Of a DNA stretch of 64,000 nucleotides, positions 18,898 to 28,356 are shown piece after piece. The translations under genes and the position numbers were made by a program. The notes below the pieces were generated by a model. That model ran no database searches. It was not told where the DNA came from and saw only the letters and a list, made by a program, of their open reading frames with translations. The DNA lies in assembly GCA_964427425.1 (NCBI GenBank), contig CAYRUD010000001.1:74152-138151 (forward strand), given 5' to 3'. The stretch's first letter is position 1. Every line of letters begins with the position of its first letter. The stretch comes from an uncultured bacterium (lineage in GTDB: Bacteria > Chlamydiota > Chlamydiia > Chlamydiales > FEN-1388).

Positions 18898-19065
18898 CGA
18901 AGGAGTGATGGGATATACTTCTCGCAACAAGAAGTATTATCTTCCGTGAAATGTCTTTCATTCTTCTTGCTGCCGATCTCTTTATATGAAAGATCATTCT
19001 CTTGAAAGACGTCAGGATACTTCTCATTTATTCATAAAATTTTACTTCAATTTTTTAAGAAGCAT

Positions 19066-22000
19066 ATGGATCCCTCAAAAAAAAGATACCAGCCTGTTGA
19101 TACAAAAACACCTCTTGCAAAACAAGAAGAGTCTATTCTTGCGTTTTGGAAGAAAGAATGTATTTTTGAGACAACGATCGGCAAGGATATTGGGGGAGAA
19201 AAAGCTCAATCATATGCTACACGTCCTCTTTATTCGTTTTATGATGGGCCTCCTTTCGCAACTGGACTTCCCCACTATGGCCATTTATTGGCAGGGACGA
19301 TCAAGGATGTTATTCCTCGTTATAAAACGATGAAGGGCTATCTCGTTCCTCGCCGTTTTGGCTGGGACTGCCATGGTCTTCCTGTTGAGAACGAAATTGA
19401 AAAGTCGCAAGGGCTATCAGGCGCTTCTTCAATTGAGGAATTTGGAATCGCTCGCTTTAACGAAGAGTGTAGAAAGATCGTTCTCAGATACACAGAAGAG
19501 TGGAAGAGTATCGTAGAGCGATTTGGCCGTTGGGTCGATTTTACTGAGACATATAAGACAATGGATAAGACGTTCATGGAGAGCGTCTGGTGGGTTTTTG
19601 CTTCATTGTGGAAAAAGGGTCTTGTCTATAAAGGCTACAAGGTGATGCCTTTCTCAACGAAATTAGGCACACCTCTTTCTAACTTTGAGGCCAGTGAAAA
19701 CTACAAGGACGTAAATGATCCATCTGTCGTTATTAAGGTCTCATTAGAAGATCAGCCTCACCGCTCATTGCTCGTATGGACGACAACCCCATGGACGCTT
19801 GTCTCAAACCTCGCGATCACAGCAGGTCCTGATATCGACTATGTTGTTCTTCGACAAAAAGAAAAGCCAGAAGATGAGTTTGTCATAGCGAAAGAAAGGA
19901 TCTCATTTGTCTTTCCAGAGTGGGAAACAACATGCGAAATAGTCCAAGAAATAAAGGGAAAGGAATTGGCAGGGCTTCGTTACAAGCCGCTATTTCCATA
20001 CTTTGCTTCTATGAAACAAGACGGCGCGTTCCGAGTGATCACCGACAGCTTTGTTCAACTCGGTGACGGCACCGGCTTAGTTCATACAGCTCCAGGCTTT
20101 GGTGAAGATGACTTTTATGCATGTCAAAAAGCATCTATTCCTGTTGTCTGTCCTGTCGATCATAATGGTCTATATACATCTGAAGTCATAGACTATGCTG
20201 GACGCTATGTCAAAGACTGCGATAAGGAGATCATCAGACGATTGAAGAATGAAGGAAGAGTTCTCATTCATCAGTCGCTTCTTCACAGGTACCCATTCTG
20301 CTGGAGATCAGATACTCCTCTTATCTATAAAGCGGTATCGACATGGTTTGTCAATGTTGAGAAGATTAAAGACAAGCTCCTCAAAGCAAATGAGAATATA
20401 AATTGGGTTCCAGGGCATATTAAGTATGGCCGCTTCGGAAAATGGCTTGAGAATGCAAGAGATTGGGCAATTAGCCGAAATCGCTATTGGGGAACTCCTA
20501 TCCCAATTTGGGAGGCAGATGATGGCGAAGTATTAGTCATCTCAAGCGTTCAAGAGCTCGAAGAGTTAACAGGAAAGGAAATCAAAGATCTTCACCGCCA
20601 TTATATTGACTCCATTGAGATCGAGAAGAACGGCAAGAAGTTTCGAAGAATTTCAGAAGTGTTTGACTGCTGGTTTGAGTCAGGCTCCATGCCATACGCT
20701 CAAAACCACTTTCCTTTTGAAGAGTCGAAAGATGTGCCCAAAGGGTTTCCTGCTGACTTTATTGCAGAAGGTGTCGATCAGACGCGTGGCTGGTTCTATA
20801 CATTGACTGTCCTTTCCAGCGCGCTTTACGACTCTGAACCGTTTAAGAATGTTATCGTGAATGGAATCATTCTTGCTGAAGATGGCGCGAAGATGTCGAA
20901 GCGTTTGAGAAACTATCCAGATCCTATGGATGTCATCTCTCGCTATGGCGCGGACAGTGTTCGCATGTACATGCTCTCGTCAAATGCAGTGAAAGCAGAT
21001 GACCTTTGCTTCTCAGAAGCTGGTGTCGAGCTTGTCTTAAGGCAGGTAATTTTGCCTGTATGGAACGCATACTCATTCTATATCACTTATGCTGATCTCT
21101 ATGGATTTGATCATGAGAAAGCACTCCAAGAAATAGATCTTCAATCGGTTCAGTCTGAGCTTGATCGATGGATTCTCTCAAAGACTGCAAGCTTTGTAGC
21201 TTCTGTCGAAGACGGTCTTGAGCGATATGATCTCCAAGAAGCTACATCTCACTTCGCTCCTTTTGCCGATATGTTGACGAACTGGTATATCCGCCGTTCA
21301 AGACGACGTTTTTGGAGCGATGTTGAGTCTAAAGAGCGACGAGAAGCCTTTTTGGTGCTCTCAACTGTTTTGAAGACATTTGCTCAAGTCGCAGCTCCAT
21401 TCATGCCGTTCTTTACTGAATTGATGTGGACAAACTTGAAAGGGAAAAATGATCCGAAGTCGATTCATATGACAAAATTCCCTTCAAGAGATCTATTCAA
21501 GCGAGATGCATTCTTGGAAAAATCCCATGCGATTGCTCAAGAGACTTCACAGCTTGCTCATGCGCTCCGAAAAGAGCTCAAGCTCAAAGTTCGACAGCCG
21601 CTGAAGACAGTGTATGTCATCACAAGAGATCTACAGCTCCAAAACGCGATTAAGAGCGTTCAAGAGATTATCAAAGATGAGATCAATGTTAAAGAAGTTG
21701 TCATCCAATCTGATGAGCATGAGTTTGTTGATATTCAAGCAAAGCCAAACTTCAGAGTGCTCGGTAAGAAAGTCGGCAAGAAGATGAAGGCCGTTCAAGA
21801 CGCGATCGCTACAATCTCATTCGATGATCTGGTGCGTTTCATGGAGTCAGGTAAGGAGGCTCAACTTCATCTTCACGTTGAAGGAGAGACAATCATATTG
21901 ACTCATGAAGATGTCGCAATTGAGAGAAAGGTTAAAGAGGGAATGGTCGCTCATCATGAAAATGGGCTGACAGTTGCGCTTGATACCGCTTTAACTGATG

Positions 22001-22272
22001 AGTTACTAGCTGAGGGGCTCGCTCGCGAAATTGTCAATAAACTCAACACAATGAGAAGAGATATTGATCTTGCGGTCTCAGATCGAATTCATGTCGCTAT
22101 GACACTTTCCCCATCATCACAGGAGTGGGTGCAAAAGTGGCTTTCATATATTCAAGAAGAGACATTGGCCGTCAATGTTCAGTTTAACACAGCATTAACT
22201 CATGGAATTTCCCAAGAGTGGGATATCAATGGCGAAAAAGCTGTTATTTCTCTTCAGAAGGTGTCTTCATGA
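19066..22272 (+). CDS. ileS: isoleucine--tRNA ligase, type 2 (eukaryote-like)
   Basis: 1068-aa ORF. Class I motifs PHYGH (HIGH) and KMSKR (KMSKS). CP1 editing-domain blocks TTTPWTL and HTAPGFGEDD. Length and N-terminus (ILAFWKKECIFE) are typical of type-2 IleRS. Confidence 0.95.
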   Translation: MDPSKKRYQPVDTKTPLAKQEESILAFWKKECIFETTIGKDIGGEKAQSYATRPLYSFYDGPPFATGLPHYGHLLAGTIKDVIPRYKTMKGYLVPRRFGWDCHGLPVENEIEKSQGLSGASSIEEFGIARFNEECRKIVLRYTEEWKSIVERFGRWVDFTETYKTMDKTFMESVWWVFASLWKKGLVYKGYKVMPFSTKLGTPLSNFEASENYKDVNDPSVVIKVSLEDQPHRSLLVWTTTPWTLVSNLAITAGPDIDYVVLRQKEKPEDEFVIAKERISFVFPEWETTCEIVQEIKGKELAGLRYKPLFPYFASMKQDGAFRVITDSFVQLGDGTGLVHTAPGFGEDDFYACQKASIPVVCPVDHNGLYTSEVIDYAGRYVKDCDKEIIRRLKNEGRVLIHQSLLHRYPFCWRSDTPLIYKAVSTWFVNVEKIKDKLLKANENINWVPGHIKYGRFGKWLENARDWAISRNRYWGTPIPIWEADDGEVLVISSVQELEELTGKEIKDLHRHYIDSIEIEKNGKKFRRISEVFDCWFESGSMPYAQNHFPFEESKDVPKGFPADFIAEGVDQTRGWFYTLTVLSSALYDSEPFKNVIVNGIILAEDGAKMSKRLRNYPDPMDVISRYGADSVRMYMLSSNAVKADDLCFSEAGVELVLRQVILPVWNAYSFYITYADLYGFDHEKALQEIDLQSVQSELDRWILSKTASFVASVEDGLERYDLQEATSHFAPFADMLTNWYIRRSRRRFWSDVESKERREAFLVLSTVLKTFAQVAAPFMPFFTELMWTNLKGKNDPKSIHMTKFPSRDLFKRDAFLEKSHAIAQETSQLAHALRKELKLKVRQPLKTVYVITRDLQLQNAIKSVQEIIKDEINVKEVVIQSDEHEFVDIQAKPNFRVLGKKVGKKMKAVQDAIATISFDDLVRFMESGKEAQLHLHVEGETIILTHEDVAIERKVKEGMVAHHENGLTVALDTALTDELLAEGLAREIVNKLNTMRRDIDLAVSDRIHVAMTLSPSSQEWVQKWLSYIQEETLAVNVQFNTALTHGISQEWDINGEKAVISLQKVSS

Positions 22273-22934
22273 TGAAGTGCACTGGTGCTTTATTTGACTT
22301 CGATGGCGTTTTGTTTGATTCAGAGCGCCATCACGAGATTTGCTGGCTTCAAGTAGCTCAAGAGCGAAAGCAGCCAATTACCCGTGAGCAGTTTTTAAGA
22401 GGCTTTGGCGTTAAGAACTACCGCTTTATTGAAGAGATCTTATGCTGGAGTAATGATCCAGAGGAAATTCGATCGATTGAAAAGCGAAAAGAAGCTCTCT
22501 TTCATGAGCACATTAAAACTCATGTTATCGATCCAATTCCTGGAACGATCGATCTTCTCAAAAGACTATTTGATAAGGGAATTCCTTGCTGTATTGGCTC
22601 ATCATCTATCTTAGAGAATATTGAGCTGATCTTAAGGCCGCATCCTCACATTAAAGCTCTTTTTCATGGGATTATCTCAGCAGAGAATGTGTCAGTTGGT
22701 AAACCAAATCCAGAAGTGTTTTTAAAAGGCGCTCAGTTCATTAAAAGCGATCCGAAAACAACGATTGTATTTGAAGACGCCCCTTTTGGAATTGAGGCTG
22801 CAAAAGCTGCAGGTATGAAGGCGGTTGGACTTACAACGACATTCTCAGAAGATCGGCTTCAAAAAGCTTTCCCTGATAAGATCGTTTCTGATTACCGCAC
22901 TCTCTCAGTTCAGGATATTGAAGCCCTCTTTTAA
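22269..22934 (+). CDS. HAD-superfamily hydrolase, beta-phosphoglucomutase-like subfamily
   Basis: The start ATG overlaps the ileS stop (ATGA at 22269-22272). HAD motifs are FDFDGVLFDSE (I), GSSS (II), KPNPEVF (III) and FEDAPFGIEAAKAAGM (IV). Confidence 0.85.
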   Translation: MMKCTGALFDFDGVLFDSERHHEICWLQVAQERKQPITREQFLRGFGVKNYRFIEEILCWSNDPEEIRSIEKRKEALFHEHIKTHVIDPIPGTIDLLKRLFDKGIPCCIGSSSILENIELILRPHPHIKALFHGIISAENVSVGKPNPEVFLKGAQFIKSDPKTTIVFEDAPFGIEAAKAAGMKAVGLTTTFSEDRLQKAFPDKIVSDYRTLSVQDIEALF

Positions 22935-22953
22935 TATGAGGGCTTTAAAGAGC

Positions 22954-23523
22954 TTATTTCTTCTTTACAGTAGCTCCCTGAACCTCGCCCAAGATTTCGC
23001 TGTCAGAGCTCAGCCAAATCTCTCCATTTCCAGATTCAACAATAATCGATCCTGCCACAGTTGTTCCTGAAAGGAGCGCAATGACAGGAGGCTTATTCGA
23101 GCCATTCGTTTGTGGAATGCGAATGGAATCCACTGAGCATGCTCTCAGACGCATTTTCCGAGAGTATGCCTCAATTGTATTTTGGAACTTGGTCTTTTCT
23201 CCATCTAGATATCCGTATATTGTTGTGGGGCCGTTAATAGTGCAGTCTTTGATTCTAGCTTTTCCATGAACTTGGAGGCTTCCCAAAGATGAGTTCTCAG
23301 CAGTAAGGATTCCTTTTACTTGGACAGGTCCTGTGACCGTTGTCGTCACAATGCTGACGCGGCCATGCGCATTGACTGAGCCTAATGTCTCATTTTCGTA
23401 CTTTACAATACCGTGGCTTCCCTGGCTTGCCTTCAATTCGCATTCAGCATTCAGAGAAGACATAGACAAGGAAATGAAAAGAGGTGAGAGGATGATAAGT
23501 GATAAGCCTATTATGTAGTGCAT
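22954..23523 (-). CDS. secreted beta-helix protein, bactofilin-like (polymer-forming DUF583-like) repeats
   Basis: 189 aa. N-terminal signal-like segment HYIIGLSLIILSPLFISLSMSSLNA. The body is short repeats of the G.V.(V/I).G type (VNAHGRVSIVTTTVTGPVQVKGILTAENSSLGSLQVHGKARIKDCTINGPTTIYGYLDG). The family call is tentative. Confidence 0.45.
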   Translation of the reverse strand: MHYIIGLSLIILSPLFISLSMSSLNAECELKASQGSHGIVKYENETLGSVNAHGRVSIVTTTVTGPVQVKGILTAENSSLGSLQVHGKARIKDCTINGPTTIYGYLDGEKTKFQNTIEAYSRKMRLRACSVDSIRIPQTNGSNKPPVIALLSGTTVAGSIIVESGNGEIWLSSDSEILGEVQGATVKKK

Positions 23524-23717
23524 GTTGTGCTGTGCCTCTATTAGATAAAGTTGATATTACGTTTATTCGCACAAAATGAATCAGGCATTCACTTTGTGCT
23601 ATATCCGTATTCTAATCGTAGAGAGGGTTTTTAGAGTCTAGCTAATATGAGGAGAGTCGCATCTCTTTTTGAGACGATGTAGCCCTTTTTGAGGGCATTG
23701 TCGCAAATAAGTGAAAA

Positions 23718-25619
23718 CTACATGTGCACATGAGATGACCCAAGTTTTTCTTTGACGTGTTTTTTGTTTTCGAGAGTGATTTCTTCGCAGTTTCTAATGA
23801 TTAGGCTATTTAGTCTCTCGAAAGTGTCTGAGTAGAAGCAGTAACCCTTAATCTTCGTGCCTGAAAGATCTATTATTGTGAGCAATTTGCTCGAACAGTT
23901 CGCAATAGTCGAATCAGCTACTTTCTTGCAGTCTTTCATAATCAGCGTCGTGAGCTGATTAAGTACTTTTCCTTGCAAACATATGCCGGTAAAGTTTGTG
24001 TGAGATAGATTAATAATCTGAATACTTTTACACGCCCATTTAGGGACTTCACGTTCCTTTAGTTTCTTACAGTTGTGAAAATTTGCCTCGACAATTGTTT
24101 CAAATGATTTTTCCTTAAGACATGCGCCCGTTATCCCAGTCTGGGAAAGGTCGATTTTCAAAAGCTTCCCTGTATATTCTTTAAAGGAACTTTCTTTGAG
24201 ACTTTTGCAGTGGTGAAGATTCAAAATTTCAAGATGCTTATACGCTTCTCCTTTTAGAAATGATCCGTCCACATTTGTTGATTGCAGATTTAACTCTTGA
24301 AGCATAGTGCTCGAGCAATCTTTGATGAATTGATCTTTTATTTTTGAGCAGCACTCTAGCACAAGCTTTGTAGCGTTTTTAAAGAAATCTCCGTTTAACC
24401 CTAGTCCTGTTATTTTACATTGCGATAATTTGATCTCAGTTACGGATCTTACCTCAGGAAGAGAGAGGAGGTCTTGGTCGCTAATTTGAGAGTTGGAGAA
24501 GTCTATCTTTTGCAGTGTTAGAGCATTTCTTACACAGCTTTGAATATAACTCTGAATATGAGATGCGTGACTACTTCCTACTGCAAGATGTTTTAAGTTC
24601 GTAAAATGATTATAGATCGCATCCTTTTCGTTCTCTGGAAAGCGGATCACAGCATCATAAAGATGTGAGATATTCACATATTGATATTGGCTTAACCTCT
24701 CCTTGATTGATTGAGGAATCTCATTAGTATCACAAGGTATTGTTTTTATAAGCGAAGTAGCTTTTATGAAATATCTGTCTTCAGGAAGATATGTGTAGGC
24801 TATGTAGTGCGCATAATGCGGCTCTAAAATAGATGTGAAGTTATCTATATCTTCATAAGTATCTTCTCTTTTTCTTCCCTTATGTAATTGCAATGGAATC
24901 AATTCAATAAGAGGCTGAACAATCGATTCATCTTTTATAGAGTACTTTGTTATTACTGGCAGTATGATCGCAGGATTTTCCTTCTGCAGCGCAATCACTT
25001 TTTGATGCACGTTCTTAAATAACTCGTTGTATTTCTGATCGTATGTCTTGCACGGCGTTTCAGCTTGATAGATATTTAAGAGTGAACGAATTACTGTTAT
25101 AGTTATTTTTAGAAGAAGAGAGTTGAAGTTTTTTTCATATTTTACTGATGAGATCTTCTTTGATATCTCTTGAGAAAGAGATAAATTTACCTCAATAAGT
25201 GTGATGATCTTTTCATGGTTTTGAATATTTTCATACGATGATACAAGCGAGGACTTATCTATAGTGAAAGCGGTTTTTTTCGTTTGAAGAAAGAGGTTGT
25301 GAATCATTTCTTCAACAGTTTTTTCGCTCTCAAGGAGTTTTTTCTGTCCCAAAAGAGCGGCTCGATAGGCTTGGTTACATAAAAGGGGGTCTTTTGCGCT
25401 TTGTTTGGTAAACCTTTTAAATTCAAAAGCTCCTTCCTGAGGTGAGACGAGAATATCGACTCCGGGCGATTGAGAAAACCGCATCGAGGCTACCGCTTGC
25501 GTTAGATTATCAATCTCATCTATTTCTGCAGGCGGAGTTGCTGTATCTGGAGTAGTTTCGAATGGTCTATTGTCGATGGCAGTTGAGTGAATGAAGATCG
25601 GATCGGTAGGAGTAAGCAT
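23718..25619 (-). CDS. leucine-rich repeat protein (Cys-containing, FBXL/RNI-like LRR), paralog 1
   Basis: 633 aa. The N-terminal about 370 aa are homologous to the neighbouring gene (ILVSPQEGAFEFKRFTKQSAKDPLL..AYRAALLGQKKL; ILPVITKYSIKDESIVQPLI). The C-terminus has repeats such as LQELNLQSTNVDGSFLKGEAYKHLEILNLHHCKSLKESSF. Confidence 0.8.
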   Translation of the reverse strand: MLTPTDPIFIHSTAIDNRPFETTPDTATPPAEIDEIDNLTQAVASMRFSQSPGVDILVSPQEGAFEFKRFTKQSAKDPLLCNQAYRAALLGQKKLLESEKTVEEMIHNLFLQTKKTAFTIDKSSLVSSYENIQNHEKIITLIEVNLSLSQEISKKISSVKYEKNFNSLLLKITITVIRSLLNIYQAETPCKTYDQKYNELFKNVHQKVIALQKENPAIILPVITKYSIKDESIVQPLIELIPLQLHKGRKREDTYEDIDNFTSILEPHYAHYIAYTYLPEDRYFIKATSLIKTIPCDTNEIPQSIKERLSQYQYVNISHLYDAVIRFPENEKDAIYNHFTNLKHLAVGSSHASHIQSYIQSCVRNALTLQKIDFSNSQISDQDLLSLPEVRSVTEIKLSQCKITGLGLNGDFFKNATKLVLECCSKIKDQFIKDCSSTMLQELNLQSTNVDGSFLKGEAYKHLEILNLHHCKSLKESSFKEYTGKLLKIDLSQTGITGACLKEKSFETIVEANFHNCKKLKEREVPKWACKSIQIINLSHTNFTGICLQGKVLNQLTTLIMKDCKKVADSTIANCSSKLLTIIDLSGTKIKGYCFYSDTFERLNSLIIRNCEEITLENKKHVKEKLGSSHVHM

Positions 25620-25810
25620 CTCATCCTCTTTATTACTTGTGCTTAACTTTTTCTATGTGGGAAATAATTTGAATTTGCAATTAATTTCTATCCACCAGCA
25701 TTTTTTTTATTATTGCTTATCGCATGAAATAAGAAGTAAAGATTTTAGAGATTGGCTAATGGAAAATATCGCTTTTGGTAAGCTGTCGAATTTGTCTCTT
25801 AAGATACAAG

Positions 25811-28135
25811 TTACAGCACAACGGTGCTGATACCGCTTGAGTTGAGGAGATATTCTCTATGTTTGCTTAACAGGTAGATGCATCCTCGAAGGATTACTTT
25901 TCTTACTGTTTTAAAAACATCTGATGAGAAGCAAGAGCCATTGATCTTGGTTCCGGATAGGTTGATGAAGCGCAATTGTCTACTAGGACATTCAGAAATG
26001 AGTGCATCATCAACTATCTTGAGGCACTCTTGCGCATGAATCTCTTCGATTGCGTGAAAGACGTTCGATGTAAAACAAGAGCCACTAATATGTGTTCTTG
26101 AGAGATCTATCTTTCGGAGACGCTTGCTTGAGCACTTTGCAATATTCTCATCTTTGAGTTCGCTACAATCGCTTATCCATAACTGAATAACTGGCTCAAA
26201 TACCAACGATTCAAGGCAAGAGCCGTCAATATGCGTGTCCGATAGATCAACCTCTTTAAGGCATGTGCTTGAGCAAGAAAAGACATTCTCATCCCATAGT
26301 CCGTTGCATTTATTAAGGACGAGGATATCAACGGTATTAAATGCTTTGGCTTTCAGACACGAACCGTTGATAGGACTTCCTGATAAGTTAACGCCTTTGA
26401 GGACTTTGCTGCCGCATTGTGCTACATTTTCATCTAGGAGGCCTTCACAATCGCTCAAGTTTAAATCGGTAACAGTTTCAAAGGCTTTCCCTTTTAGGCA
26501 AGAGCCATCAACATTTGTTTTAGATAAATCGACGTGTCTCAATTTTGTGCTCGAGCATGAGAAGATGTTCTTGTCCGATAGTCCGTAGCATTCCTTCAGT
26601 ATCAATATTTCTATATTTTGGAATGCTTTGGAGCTTAAGAACAGGCCTTCAATTTGGTAATTATCGGAAAGATCAACTTCTCTCAGCTTTGTACTCGAAC
26701 ACAAGCCTATAGAGCTGTCTTTTAAGAAAAAACAGCTCTTGAGCTTCAGCTTCGTAAGTTTTGAGAAGGCAGGTGATTCAAGACATGATCCATTAATAGA
26801 AGAGAGTGAAAAATCAACTTCTTGTAACTGAGTGCTTGAGCATTGTGCTACATGGGAATCAAGAAGTGACTGACAACTTCTCAAGCTGAGGTGAGTAATG
26901 TGTTTAAAGAGAGGCCCTTTCAAGCCATTTCCTTCAATTTGAGTTGATGAGAGGTTAATATTCCTCACAAATGTATTCTCAGGAAGAACAAGAAGATCGT
27001 TATCAGTAACAAGTGAGTATGAGAAAACTACTCTCTCAACAGTTGGGAGGGATACCATATGTTTGACGTACGGCTCTAGCTCTAGATATCTGCCGGTTCC
27101 TATTTCTATTGTTTGGGCATTCTGGCAAGCACTAAATACAGCTAGAATTTCCCTCTCGTGTAAGTGCCTCAGAGTATTCAATACATCTCTTATGTTGACG
27201 TATTTGCATAATAGGAATTTCTCTTTTATCTCGAAGGGGACTCTTTTTAAATCTTTTGGGAGTGATTCAATCTGTTTGAGAACTCTTTTGAAGTATATTT
27301 TTGGTATATATTCACTCACTACTTCGTCGACATGGTCGGGGTAGAGGATAGTTGTCAAGCAGTCGATGTTTTGAACCTCAGAGCCTCTTTCACAGAGTAG
27401 ATTTGGAGCAATCGCGACAATTGGCTGTGAGATCGATTCATCTTTAATTGAATATTTAGTCAGAATTGGGAGTGGAATATCAGGAAATCCTTCTTGAAGC
27501 GAGAGTATTTGAGACTCAGCTTCTTTATAGAGCCTGTTGTAGTGAATATCTTCACTACCAGTAGACTTATGCCAGATTTGGAAAAGCGTGCGGATATTGC
27601 AAATAGTAAGTTTTAAGAGAAATTCTACAAATTGCTTTTGTACGCATGTTTTTTCTGTAAGAAGATGCGCGACACTCAAGCAGTTTCTTATGCTATATTC
27701 AATCTTTTCGTCAAAAGTATGTGTGTTTGTTGATAACGTTGATAGGCTATGATCGATCGATTTGGCTATCTCAGTGATCTGCATATTGATTGCTTCGACT
27801 GCCTGTTCCGGGAATACTTCTTGAGTAAGTATTTTCTGACCTAAGAGGGCTGCTCGAAGAGCTTGTGTATTTAATGTTGGAATCTCAGCTCGCTCTTCAG
27901 TGAACTTTTTAAATTCTAAAAGGCCTTTCTTTGGGGAGACAAGGATATTGATACTTCTTCTATCGCTTCTTGAGAGGATACTTGACTCTGAGAGATTGAG
28001 TGTTGAAAAAGCATGTATTACTTTCTCAACAGGATCTCCACTCTCATTTATTTCATCGCTCTCTTCCGAATGAAGAGAAGGCGTCAAGAAACATCCATGG
28101 AAGGATGATAGTATCCTCGATATGGTGGTTGGCAT
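25811..28135 (-). CDS. leucine-rich repeat protein (Cys-containing, FBXL/RNI-like LRR), paralog 2
   Basis: 774 aa. It has the same N-terminal domain as the 23718 gene. The C-terminal about 415 aa consist of about 52-aa double LRR units (L.EVDLS.T.I.GSCL....F..V..L.L..C..L.DENI..CSS..). Confidence 0.8.
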   Translation of the reverse strand: MPTTISRILSSFHGCFLTPSLHSEESDEINESGDPVEKVIHAFSTLNLSESSILSRSDRRSINILVSPKKGLLEFKKFTEERAEIPTLNTQALRAALLGQKILTQEVFPEQAVEAINMQITEIAKSIDHSLSTLSTNTHTFDEKIEYSIRNCLSVAHLLTEKTCVQKQFVEFLLKLTICNIRTLFQIWHKSTGSEDIHYNRLYKEAESQILSLQEGFPDIPLPILTKYSIKDESISQPIVAIAPNLLCERGSEVQNIDCLTTILYPDHVDEVVSEYIPKIYFKRVLKQIESLPKDLKRVPFEIKEKFLLCKYVNIRDVLNTLRHLHEREILAVFSACQNAQTIEIGTGRYLELEPYVKHMVSLPTVERVVFSYSLVTDNDLLVLPENTFVRNINLSSTQIEGNGLKGPLFKHITHLSLRSCQSLLDSHVAQCSSTQLQEVDFSLSSINGSCLESPAFSKLTKLKLKSCFFLKDSSIGLCSSTKLREVDLSDNYQIEGLFLSSKAFQNIEILILKECYGLSDKNIFSCSSTKLRHVDLSKTNVDGSCLKGKAFETVTDLNLSDCEGLLDENVAQCGSKVLKGVNLSGSPINGSCLKAKAFNTVDILVLNKCNGLWDENVFSCSSTCLKEVDLSDTHIDGSCLESLVFEPVIQLWISDCSELKDENIAKCSSKRLRKIDLSRTHISGSCFTSNVFHAIEEIHAQECLKIVDDALISECPSRQLRFINLSGTKINGSCFSSDVFKTVRKVILRGCIYLLSKHREYLLNSSGISTVVL

Positions 28136-28289
28136 AGTATCTGCATATATATAATTGTTGTCTGATGTTGTTTAGAAAAATTAGAAACAAGAGAGTATTA
28201 AATTATTTCTTGTTCATAACATGAAACTATAGTTTTTAAAATATTCATTTTAAAATTATGGAAATGTAATAAGAATATATAGTGAAAGA

Positions 28290-28327
28290 GGCGAATAATC
28301 GAGAGGCTGCTCTCTCAATTATTCGCC
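28290..28327 (-). terminator. terminator-like hairpin after lepB
   Basis: 16-bp inverted repeat GGCGAATAATCGAGAG / CTCTCAATTATTCGCC with a 6-nt loop. The single C/A mismatch on the plus strand becomes a G-U wobble in the minus-strand RNA. It lies 30 nt downstream of the lepB stop and has a T-run on the plus side (28328-28333). Confidence 0.55.
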
Positions 28328-28356
28328 TTTTTTATGAATGGTGGTCTTGTGATTGC

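Noticed and set aside
18761-19333. ORFs 18761-19027 (minus) and 18986-19333 (plus) between phoH2 and ileS.
   Set aside because: The first spans the phoH2 3' end and the terminator hairpin. The second overlaps the ileS start in another frame. ileS has unambiguous motif support.
23569-23599. A 13-bp hairpin GCACAAAATGAAT / ATTCACTTTGTGC, about 120 nt downstream of the LRR paralog 1 stop.
   Set aside because: It is a good stem, and its one mismatch becomes a G-U pair on the minus strand. However, it is far from the stop codon and has no U-tract. It could be a terminator or a leader structure for the next gene, so I did not list it as a feature.
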